64,000 nt of DNA from Ostreococcus lucimarinus. Taxonomy: Eukaryota. Positions 1 through 8,157 of this stretch are shown in pieces (within the stretch, counting starts at the first letter, position 1; each line of letters begins with the position of its first letter). The DNA lies in the NCBI GenBank assembly GCA_000092065.1, contig CP000599.1; one strand, written 5' to 3'. The notes under the pieces were generated by a model that worked only from the letters and a program-made list of their open reading frames with translations, made no database searches and was not told the DNA's origin. A program made the translations under genes and the position numbers.

Positions 1-652
1 GGCTACCTTGGAGCGCATGGCGCGTGGGTACACGCGCGAGTCTTACTTTGCCCTCATCGATCGCGTCAAGGCGATGATTCCGGGGTGCGCCATCACCACG
101 GATATCATCAGCGGCTTTTGCGGCGAGACCGAGGACGATCACGAGGACACCGTGAGTTTGATGAGCGCGATCGGATACGAACAAGCGTTCATGTTCGCTT
201 ACAGCGAACGCGAGGGCACGGCGGGGCAAAGACACCAAATCGACGACGTCCCCGAAGACGTGAAGCAGCGGCGTCTGCAGGAAGTCATCGACGCCTTTCG
301 AGCGCGCGCGGCGGAGAAGCAACAGATGGAGATCGGTTCCACGCATTGCGTGTTGGTGGAGGGTCCGAGTAAGAAAAACTCCGACGAGTGGACGGGGAAG
401 ACGGACACATCGAAGTGGGTGGTGTTCGAAAAGAATGATGCCATCGGCAAGTACGCCGGCGACGAAGACGCGCCGACGAGCGGGTCGTACGGCGTCAAGC
501 CTGGAGATTACGTCGCCGTTCGCGTCACTGGGTGCAGTACGGGGACGTTATTTGGTCAAGTTCTCGGTAAGACGAGTTTGGTAGAGTTTCAAAACTTGCA
601 CGGCGCGCAGTGGACGACGCCAAAGTCGAGCAACGGCGCGAGCGCGCGTTGA
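1..652 (+). CDS. MiaB/CDK5RAP1-like tRNA methylthiotransferase, C-terminal part (5' end lies outside the window)
   Basis: The ORF is open to the window edge. The radical-SAM C-terminal region reads ...TDIISGFCGETEDDHEDTVSLMSAIGYEQAFMFAYSEREGT..., followed by a TRAM-like beta-barrel (STHCVLVEGPSKKN...GDYVAVRVTGC). Family membership rests on my recognition of these motifs. Confidence 0.65.
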   Translation, partial: ATLERMARGYTRESYFALIDRVKAMIPGCAITTDIISGFCGETEDDHEDTVSLMSAIGYEQAFMFAYSEREGTAGQRHQIDDVPEDVKQRRLQEVIDAFRARAAEKQQMEIGSTHCVLVEGPSKKNSDEWTGKTDTSKWVVFEKNDAIGKYAGDEDAPTSGSYGVKPGDYVAVRVTGCSTGTLFGQVLGKTSLVEFQNLHGAQWTTPKSSNGASAR

Positions 653-690
653 CGCGAGCGATGTAAAATTACACACAATCTAATCATTAT

Positions 691-2607
691 TCATCTTTCG
701 TCGACGACCGATTCTTCTTCCGCTTCATCCTTCGCCCGCACGTATCGTCTCTTCAAGCCGAGCGCCAACGCGACGTCTTCCGCGACGTCTTCTGCTCGAG
801 TGTCCACGACGCACGTGACGTAAAACGGTCCCTCCTGCCCCGTGCGCGCCGTGCGTCCGCATCGGTGCACGTGCATCTCCATGGACGGCGCCGCGCCGTA
901 CTGCACGACGTGATGTAATTGCGGAAAATCGATTCCACGCGCCGCGAGATCGGTGCACACGCACGTGGTGAGCTCACCGGAGATGAAATCGTCGAGGACG
1001 ACGCCGCGCTCCTTCGCCTTGCCGTGAAACGCGAGCGCGACGACGTCGCGCTCGTCGAGTTTTTGCACGACTTCATCCGCCTCTTCGGGAGAGTTGACGA
1101 AGATGAGCGTTTTGTACTGTTTGTGCCGTTCGAGCGCGTCGGCCAAGGCGGCGAATTTCGCCTCGGCACCGTCGACGTCGTCCACGCGCGTCTTGAGCTG
1201 CGGATGCACGCGACCGAATTGCGCCGTCGAGATCCACTCGAATTCGTCCGCCGCTTCCGCCGGAAATGCGTCGAGCAGAGGCTGCGCCTCGCGCATCGTA
1301 GCCGCGGCGAAAACGTACTGCACGCGCGCGTCGAATCGATTGACCCCACCCTCGCCGTACGTCGCGGCGATGATACCGCCGACGTCGCGAGCGAAACCGC
1401 TCGACAACATTTCATCCGCCTCGTCCACGACGACGTGACGCAAACGACCGAGCAACACCCACTCGTCTTTGATGAGTTTCAGCAAGCGCGCGGGCGTGCA
1501 CACGAGGATATCGGCGTTGCGAAATTCCGGAATCGCCTCCTCGTCTCCCGCGAGCTTCGACTTGTCCGCCGACGTGGATTTCGTCTTTTTCGCTTTGCCC
1601 GTCTTGGCGCCGCCCTTGGATTTCGGTCTCACCAACTTCTTCTCCTTCCCGAGCAGCGCGAACACGCTCGGCGTCGGCACGTCCGCGCTCGCGCTGCTCC
1701 AATACGCCGCGAGTTCGGCGGCGTGCGCGACCTGTCTCCCCAGCTCCACGCTCGGCGTCAACGCGACGCACGCGGGACAACATCGTCCGCTTCGCTTCGT
1801 CCCTTTCCTCCCCGGCGTCGTCATCGACGCCAATATCGGCAGCAGGTACGCGAACGTCTTCCCCGACCCCGTCTCCGCGAGCAACACCGCGGACTTCCCC
1901 CGAACGAGCTCCGGAATCGCCAATCGCTGAATCTCCGTCGTCCGCCGCAACCCGGCGTCTCGCGCGTTCGCCGCCAATCCCGCCGGCAATCCCGCCCTCT
2001 CGAGCGCGTTCGCCCCCCCCGAATCCCCATTCGCGCCCTCTCGCGCCTCTCTCTCCGCGCGCCGCGCGTCCCTCGCCCTTCTCGCCGCCTCCCACGGCCG
2101 TTCCGTCCCTCGCTTATACGCCGTCGCCGCCTTTCCCGAATCCGCCCTCGTCGTCTCCGACCCCCCGTCTCGCCGTCGAATCCTCCCATCCACCGCCCGC
2201 GCGTCGACGTCCTCCCCCATCATTCGCGCCCATCCGCTCAGGCCCTCGTCCTCGCCCCAGTACGCGTCTCGCGCGCGCGTCGCGTCGCCTCTTCTCGTCG
2301 CGTCGCGTCGTCGCGTCGCCCTCGCGAGCGCCGCCGCGCTCGCCGCGCGAAATCCCGCCTCGTCGTCGTCGTCGTCGCTTCGGCGCGCGTTTGAGTCGCG
2401 CGTCAATCGCGCGTATTTCGCGTCGTTCGTCGACGCCCACGAGCGCGCGCGCGGCCGTCGCGCGTCGAGGGCGTCGTCGCCGTCGCGCGTCGAGCCGGCG
2501 GCGGCGACGACTCGTCGCGTCGTGTTCGCGTCCGCGCGCCGCGACGCGACGGGAAAACGACGCGACGACGCGACGGGCGTCGCGCGCGGCGCGAATCGCG
2601 CGGGCAT
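691..2607 (-). CDS. DEAD-box ATP-dependent RNA helicase with an R/D/A-rich N-terminal extension
   Basis: Motif I AETGSGKTFAYLLPIL, motif Ib-like CTPARL, motif II VVVDEADEML and motif VI HRCGRTARTG are all present in order. The true ATG may be internal to the low-complexity N-terminus. Confidence 0.75.
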   Translation of the reverse strand: MPARFAPRATPVASSRRFPVASRRADANTTRRVVAAAGSTRDGDDALDARRPRARSWASTNDAKYARLTRDSNARRSDDDDDEAGFRAASAAALARATRRRDATRRGDATRARDAYWGEDEGLSGWARMMGEDVDARAVDGRIRRRDGGSETTRADSGKAATAYKRGTERPWEAARRARDARRAEREAREGANGDSGGANALERAGLPAGLAANARDAGLRRTTEIQRLAIPELVRGKSAVLLAETGSGKTFAYLLPILASMTTPGRKGTKRSGRCCPACVALTPSVELGRQVAHAAELAAYWSSASADVPTPSVFALLGKEKKLVRPKSKGGAKTGKAKKTKSTSADKSKLAGDEEAIPEFRNADILVCTPARLLKLIKDEWVLLGRLRHVVVDEADEMLSSGFARDVGGIIAATYGEGGVNRFDARVQYVFAAATMREAQPLLDAFPAEAADEFEWISTAQFGRVHPQLKTRVDDVDGAEAKFAALADALERHKQYKTLIFVNSPEEADEVVQKLDERDVVALAFHGKAKERGVVLDDFISGELTTCVCTDLAARGIDFPQLHHVVQYGAAPSMEMHVHRCGRTARTGQEGPFYVTCVVDTRAEDVAEDVALALGLKRRYVRAKDEAEEESVVDER

Positions 2608-2954
2608 CGCGCGCTCGACGCGCGCGCGGGAGCGCGGTCGCGAGGTCGGCGCGGCGCGCGACCGATTCGATGCGATACTCCATCATGGGGTTAAAATATA
2701 TTTATATATGTACTGGTTCGTCTATGGGTTTGTGTGTATTTATATATGTACCGTATGTCCGATGTGTATATTTATGTATAGACGCACACACGACGCCATT
2801 CGAGGGTTTCGCGCTGTGCGACGCGCGACCGCACCTCGCGACGCGACGCGCGACGACGAACGACGCGTCGCGAAACGCGCGCGCACGTTTATTTACCGCC
2901 GCTCGACGCGACCGCCGAAGCTCGCTCGACGCGACCGCGACGCACACGCGGACG
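2608..2954. promoter_or_regulatory. Divergent intergenic region with an AT-rich island (about 2690-2790) in GC-rich context; putative bidirectional promoter
   Basis: The helicase (minus strand) and bL19 (plus strand) start codons face away from each other. A local AT-rich tract (ggttaaaatatatttatatatgtac...gtatatttatgtatag) sits between them. Confidence 0.3.
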
Positions 2955-3443
2955 ATGATGACGACGACGACGACGACGCCGGCGCGCGCGACGGCGACGC
3001 GGGCGACGCTCGCCGCGCGACGCGCGACGTCGATTCGCGGCGCGCGATGCGCGCGACCGACGCACACTGCGACGCTTCAACGCTCAACGCGTCGAGCGCG
3101 CGTCGAGATCGCGTGCAGCGCGACGAAGACGGCGCACTCGTACAGCCACACGAACAAGAAGGGTTTGTCGGCGTACGTCGAGCGCGCGAGCGCGCGACAG
3201 ACGAAGCGCGATCTGATCCCGTTCCGAGTCGGGATGACGCTGAGGGTGGGCGTGACGGTGAAAGAAGGGAATAAGACGCGGGTGCAACCCTTCGAGGGGG
3301 TGGTGATCGGGATTCACCGCGCGGGCGTGGCGACGACGGTGACGGTGCGGAAAACCTTGCAGGGGTTCGGCGTGGAGCGAGTGTTTCCGGTGCACTCGCC
3401 GTTGTGCACGTTCGAGGAGGTTCGCGGCGCGGGTAAACCGGTG
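2955..3443 (+). CDS. Bacterial-type ribosomal protein bL19, exon 1 (Thr/Ala/Arg-rich presequence, probably organelle-targeted)
   Basis: Starts MMTTTTTTPARATATRA and continues ...RDLIPFRVGMTLRVGVTVKEGNKTRVQPFEGVVIGIHRAGVATTVTVRKTLQGFGVERVFPVHSPLCTFEEVRGAGKPV. A GTACGT donor lies at 3444. Confidence 0.7.
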
Positions 3444-3599
3444 GTACGTATTTTATTGAGCGTCGACGCGGGCGCGACGGCGCGACGGCGCGACGCGGGA
3501 CGCGCGAGGACGCGAGACGCGACGCGCGCGGATAACCCTCGAGCCGCGCGACGCGGACGACTGACCTCGAGCGATCTCTTCTTCATTTTCTCCGCGCAG

Positions 3600-3866
3600 G
3601 TTCGTCGCGCGAAATTATTCTACCTCCGCCGATTGGTGGGCAAACAAGCGCGCCTGAAGACGCGCTTCGTGTCCAAGCGCGAGGGCAAGACGAGACACGA
3701 GATCAAGATGGAAGCCATGCGCGCCGAGGACGCGCGTCTGCAAGCCGTCGCCGACGCCGAAGCCGCCGCCGCCGCCGCCGCCGCCGAGGCCGCCGCCGCC
3801 GCCGAGGCCGCCGCCGCCGAGGCCGCCGCCGCCGAGGCCGCGTCTTCGGAGGAACCCGCGGAGTAG
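3600..3866 (+). CDS. Ribosomal protein bL19, exon 2 (VRRAKLFYLRR... plus an Ala-rich tail)
   Basis: Acceptor ...ttctccgcgcag|gtt, with an ACTGAC-like branch motif upstream (gacgactgacc). The 156-nt intron preserves the frame. The conserved bL19 C-terminus RRAKLFYLR is followed by an (A/E)-rich tail encoded by GCC/GAG repeats. Confidence 0.65.
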   Translation, partial: VRRAKLFYLRRLVGKQARLKTRFVSKREGKTRHEIKMEAMRAEDARLQAVADAEAAAAAAAAEAAAAAEAAAAEAAAAEAASSEEPAE

Positions 3867-4077
3867 AGCTTTTAACGCATCGATTCATCACCACGAACGC
3901 GTCTTCGCCTCGACGCCCGGCGCCCGGCGCCGCGCCCCCCCCGGTCACCCTCGCGTCGTCGCGATATCCCTCTTTCACCACCCCGAATACGTACTCAAAC
4001 CTCATATTTTACCCAACTGTAAACCTAACGAATCCCACTCGCCGCGCCATCGCGCCGCACTCCGCGACGCGCGCGCC

Positions 4078-4145
4078 ATGGCCGCCACGATCACGCTCCG
4101 CTCGTCCGACGACGAGACCTTCGAGGTCGACGAGGACGTCGCTTT
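4078..4145 (+). CDS. SKP1: SKP1 (SCF ubiquitin ligase adaptor), exon 1
   Basis: [22 protein letters not shown], followed by a GTGCGT donor at 4146. The intron is phase 2. Confidence 0.7.
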
Positions 4146-4291
4146 GTGCGTGCCCGCGCGTGTCGCGACGCGCGAATCGCGACGCGCGAATCGCGACGAA
4201 GGAATCGCGTCGAACGATTCGAAACCTCGACGACCGACGACCGACGACCGAGGACTGACGAGACGCGACGACGACGCGCGCGCGACGACAG

Positions 4292-4679
4292 CCTGTCGGA
4301 GACGATTAAATCCATCATCGAGGACACGGAGAACGACGCGCCGGTGCCGCTGCCGAACGTGAACTCGAAGATTTTGACCAAGGTGATCGAGTACTGCAAG
4401 TATCACGTCAAGGCGAAGAAGGAGAACGAATCCGAGGCGAACGTGAAGGCGTTCAACAACGATTTCGTCAAGGTGGACCAGGCGACGCTGTTTGAAATCA
4501 TTCTGGCGGCGAATTACTTGAACATGAAGGGGCTGCTGGACTTGACGTGCATGACGGTGGCGAACATGATGAAGGGGAAGACGCCGGAGGAGATTCGTAA
4601 GACGTTTAACATCAAGAATGATTTCACGCCCGAGGAGGAAGAGGAGGTTAGGAAGGAAAATCAATGGGCGTTCGATTAA
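4292..4679 (+). CDS. SKP1: SKP1, exon 2
   Basis: Acceptor cgacgacag|c. The spliced product ...EDVAF|[39 protein letters not shown]...[23 protein letters not shown] aligns with canonical Skp1 without gaps. Total length is 152 aa. Confidence 0.8.
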
Positions 4680-4836
4680 TCGACGGTGACGACGAGACGA
4701 GACGAGACGACGAACGACGAACGACGAGACGAGACGACGAGACTCGAAAAATTTACTGTATCATGAACAACACGATTAGCTAGCGATGACGATGAGAATA
4801 CGACGACGAAAGAAAACGCATCTTCAAAACGCCGCG

Positions 4837-6117
4837 TCACAAGTACTCGTTCGCCTTCATCTCCGCGAGCTCGGGTAAGGACACTTCGATCTCGATTTCT
4901 TCCTCCTCGCCCTTGGCCGCGAACGACGACGTCTTGATCGTCCACGGTCCGCGGGGCTTGCGAACCTCGGTCAAGTCACCGTTTTCGCCCGCGGGCGCGC
5001 ATTCGAATCCTTCGTCGCGTCGCGCCAATTGCGCGACGGCTTTCATCGCGAGTTCGAACGCCTGAAGCTCGATGATCGCCGGTCGGGAAATCTCGAGATT
5101 GTCGCCGGATTCCTCGTCTAGGGCGATTTTAAAGAATAGCGGCCACAACACGCCGCCGACTTCACCCTCCGCCGCGACTAACGGCCAATCGTGCGCGTCG
5201 CGCGCGTCTAAATCCTCGAAAGGCGTCTCCACAGCGCTCGAAAACATGCACGTCTGCCCCTCCAAGCTCGGCTCGACGTCCTCGTTCCCGTGCTCGACCT
5301 CAAACGCCACCTGCGCATCCTTCAGCGTCTTGTGCACGTTGAATCCGAAGTTTTCATCCTCGAACGTCCCATCGAACGCGACGAAGCACGTCAACCGCAT
5401 CGTGACGTCGTCGCGCAGCATTAACCGGTACGCGATTTTCACCGGTCGACGCCGTTCAAGCTTACGCCGAATCCCGCACTCAGCGAACGCCTTCGCCGCG
5501 CCGAATAAACTCGCACCGAACCGAGGCGTGAACCCATCGATGGATTCCATCAATCCCGGCAAATGCTGCGTCCCCCAGACCTCGTCATTCTCGCTCGGCC
5601 GCATCTGCGGCTCGATTTGCCCTCGCACCACGTCTCGCAACACGCTCTCCGGCACCGGCGCGAAACTCACATCTCGCACGCTCGGTATTTTCGCCATCAC
5701 CCCATCTCGGCATCCATTGACATACTTACACCCATCGAACGAATCCCACTCCTCGAGCGATTTCCCCGCCAGCGCGCGCGCCGTCGCCGTGCACGCGAAC
5801 GCCACGCGCGTCGGCTTCGCCGTCGTCCCCTCGCCGTCGCCCTTTTTGCTCGAATTCAGCACCTTTGGATTTTCCGCGACGCGAGACAGAAATTCGACAA
5901 CCTCTTCGCACGTCGGTTCGTCGTACACCACGTTCCCGCGCTCGTCGTCGCCGTGCGCGTGCGACAGAAATTCTCCAGTCTGCGTGCGGATGACCAAAAT
6001 CAGCGTTGGACGCGTCGGTTCTTGCTCCTCGGGCGCCTTCTCGCGCGTGTCTTCCGTCGGCACCCAGGCGCGAAGTTTATGCACGTACACGTGCCACGTC
6101 ACGGCGTCGCTCGCCAT
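4837..6117 (-). CDS. Conserved hypothetical protein (427 aa from an internal Met; no family recognised)
   Basis: Long ORF with non-repetitive composition (MASDAVTWHVYVHKLRAW...WTIKTSSFAAKGEEEEIEIEVSLPELAEMKANEYL). The 5' part of the 569-aa ORF is low-complexity read-through, so I chose the ATG at 6117. Confidence 0.4.
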   Translation of the reverse strand: MASDAVTWHVYVHKLRAWVPTEDTREKAPEEQEPTRPTLILVIRTQTGEFLSHAHGDDERGNVVYDEPTCEEVVEFLSRVAENPKVLNSSKKGDGEGTTAKPTRVAFACTATARALAGKSLEEWDSFDGCKYVNGCRDGVMAKIPSVRDVSFAPVPESVLRDVVRGQIEPQMRPSENDEVWGTQHLPGLMESIDGFTPRFGASLFGAAKAFAECGIRRKLERRRPVKIAYRLMLRDDVTMRLTCFVAFDGTFEDENFGFNVHKTLKDAQVAFEVEHGNEDVEPSLEGQTCMFSSAVETPFEDLDARDAHDWPLVAAEGEVGGVLWPLFFKIALDEESGDNLEISRPAIIELQAFELAMKAVAQLARRDEGFECAPAGENGDLTEVRKPRGPWTIKTSSFAAKGEEEEIEIEVSLPELAEMKANEYL

Positions 6118-6496
6118 CGCGCGCGCGTTCGAAGCGTCGCGAAGTGCGGTGAGGTTTGTCCCGGTGTCCCGCGTCGGGACGCGAAACGCGCCCGCACATC
6201 GCGGCGGGCGTCCATGCGGCGCGCGCGACGCGATGGCGACGTGTGAATGGACGCGCGCGATCGTTCGAGCGCGCGCCGCGCGCGCGGAGAGGCGCGCAGA
6301 CGACGCGCGGGGAGGATTTCGAGCGCAAAAAGTGCGCTCGCGCGCTCGGGCTGGCGCGGGAAAGCGACGCGCGCGGGCCAACGCGACGGTTCGCGCGAGC
6401 GAAAACGACGAAAGCGGCGCGGCGTCGAACGCGAGCGTCCGCGAGAGCGAGCCGTATGGGGAAAACGCGGCGAAAAACGCGGCGTATAAGGCTTCG

Positions 6497-7357
6497 ATGT
6501 CGGACGCGCAGCTCGAGCTGCATCGCGCTTCGGGACGCGACGTCACGTACGCGCTGAAGATTTCGTACGATGGCGAGCGTTATAATGGATTTCAGTACCA
6601 AGGCGAAGACGTGCCGACGATTCAGCGCGAACTCGAGCGCGCGCTCGCGAAGCTGACCGGGATCGATCGAGAACGGCTTCGATTGGGCGCCGCCGGTCGC
6701 ACCGACGCCGGCGTGCACGCGCGAGGGCAAGTCGCGCACTTTTATTGCGAAAAATCGTTAGGAGAAGACTTGACGCGGTGTCAAAAGGCGATGAACGGGA
6801 TGTTACCGAAAGACATTCGCGTCGACGCGTTCTGGGAACCCCATCCGTTGTTTCATTCGAGATTTCACGCGAGCGGCAAGACGTACCACTACTACGTGGA
6901 CGCGCGCGCGACGTCGAGCCCGTTCACGAGAAAGTACGCGCATCAGGTCGGATGGCGCCCGTGCGACGTCGAACTGTTGCGTCAAGCCGCGCAGTTGTTC
7001 GTCGGGACGATGGATTACAAAGGGTTTTGCAACACGTCGAGGGATAAATCAAACGAGGACAGGAACACGACGCGAACGATTCGTCGCTTCGACGTCTTCG
7101 AGGACGCCGCGGACGACGGATTGATTCGTCTCGAGGTCGAGGGCGACGGATTTTTGTATCGTCAAGTGCGCAACATGGTCGGCGCGCTCTTGGTCGTCGC
7201 GAGCGGCAAGCACGACCTGGCGTACCTGCGAACGCTCATCGAAACCAAGGATCGCTCGCGCGCGCCCATGGGCGCGCCCGCGCGCGGCTTGTTTCTTCAC
7301 GAAGTCTTCTACCCGACCGAGGTCTTAGCGAGACCTCGTTCGGACGACACCGCTTAA
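6497..7357 (+). CDS. tRNA pseudouridine synthase, TruA family
   Basis: TYALKISYDGERYNGFQYQ resembles the conserved TruA N-terminal core. RLGAAGRTDAGVHARGQVAHF contains the catalytic Asp loop (RTDAGVHA). An upstream in-frame R/A-rich extension (MATCEW...) could instead be a targeting peptide. Confidence 0.7.
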   Translation: MSDAQLELHRASGRDVTYALKISYDGERYNGFQYQGEDVPTIQRELERALAKLTGIDRERLRLGAAGRTDAGVHARGQVAHFYCEKSLGEDLTRCQKAMNGMLPKDIRVDAFWEPHPLFHSRFHASGKTYHYYVDARATSSPFTRKYAHQVGWRPCDVELLRQAAQLFVGTMDYKGFCNTSRDKSNEDRNTTRTIRRFDVFEDAADDGLIRLEVEGDGFLYRQVRNMVGALLVVASGKHDLAYLRTLIETKDRSRAPMGAPARGLFLHEVFYPTEVLARPRSDDTA

Positions 7358-7440
7358 ACGCGCGCGCGGCGTCGCTCGCGCGTTCGCTCGCCGCGCGCGC
7401 CCGCGGGCGCTAAAACTGTATTCTAAAATCGCCCTCGTCC

Positions 7441-8142
7441 CTAACCGTCGCGTTTGCGCCGCTCGCCCTCCTCGCGCTGCGCCCTCGCCACGTCCTCGTC
7501 CTCCCCCGCGTCCAGCATCTCCTGCACCATCGCCCCCACCACGTTATCCCCGTCCGTCGCCAAGTAATGCGCGTAGTGCGCGTGCAAACACTTCACCTGT
7601 ATCAGCAGCCCCGTCCCGCCGACGTCGTCCCGCGCGTACCCCCCCACGCCTCGATCCCGCAGCGCCTCCACGTGTTCCCCCCCCAACCGCTCGCACATCT
7701 CCCGCTCTTTCCCCGTCAACAATCCCCATCGCATCGCCGCGTACCGTCTCTGCTGCGCGTCGAAGATTCGCGCCGTCGCCTCGTCGTCGTCGATTTTTCG
7801 CCGCGCCGCCGCCGCGCCGCCGCCGTGCTCCAACCTCCCGACTCGCCTGCACAGCTCGCGATCGCACAGCCACAGCGCGTTCGGCCACGGCGACTCCACC
7901 GTCGTCGACCCGCGCCATTTCTTCGCTCGCGCGCGCCGTCGCGCGCGCTCGTCGTCGCCGCGCGCGCGCTGCGTCCGCAGCGGTCGGCACAGCAAAACCG
8001 TCGGATTCCCGCGCGCGTCGCGCCGCGCGACGCCCAGGACGTCGACGGACCCGTCGAGGCGCTTGACGGCGCGCGCGTCGTCGATCGTCGAGGCGTCGGC
8101 GCGACGCAGCGGCGAAGCGTGCGCCAGGTAACCGTCGGGCAT
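7441..8142 (-). CDS. Conserved hypothetical protein with a Cys/His-rich C-terminus (possibly DUF501-like)
   Basis: C-terminal block WGLLTGKEREMCERLGGEHVEALRDRGVGGYARDDVGGTGLLIQVKCLHAHYAHYLATDGDNVVGAMVQEML. An internal Met was chosen because the upstream part overlaps the divergent gene. Confidence 0.3.
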   Translation of the reverse strand: MPDGYLAHASPLRRADASTIDDARAVKRLDGSVDVLGVARRDARGNPTVLLCRPLRTQRARGDDERARRRARAKKWRGSTTVESPWPNALWLCDRELCRRVGRLEHGGGAAAARRKIDDDEATARIFDAQQRRYAAMRWGLLTGKEREMCERLGGEHVEALRDRGVGGYARDDVGGTGLLIQVKCLHAHYAHYLATDGDNVVGAMVQEMLDAGEDEDVARAQREEGERRKRDG

Positions 8143-8157
8143 GCGAAGCGTCGCACA

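Noticed and set aside
919-2394. 491-aa plus-strand ORF overlapping the DEAD-box helicase gene, and the similar antisense or alternate-frame ORFs listed at 1412-2095, 4002-4664, 5072-6496 (upstream part), 7544-8624, 8199-9107, 9264-10004, 16097-16981, 20037-20928, 22826-24088, 38520-39671, 42895-44008, 53151-54167 and 54279-56045 (5' part).
   Set aside because: Their translations are dominated by R/A/G/P/S runs from CGN/GCN codons. They lack any recognisable motif and overlap ORFs with clear conserved domains on the other strand or frame. They are an expected artefact of about 65-70% GC DNA with few stop codons.
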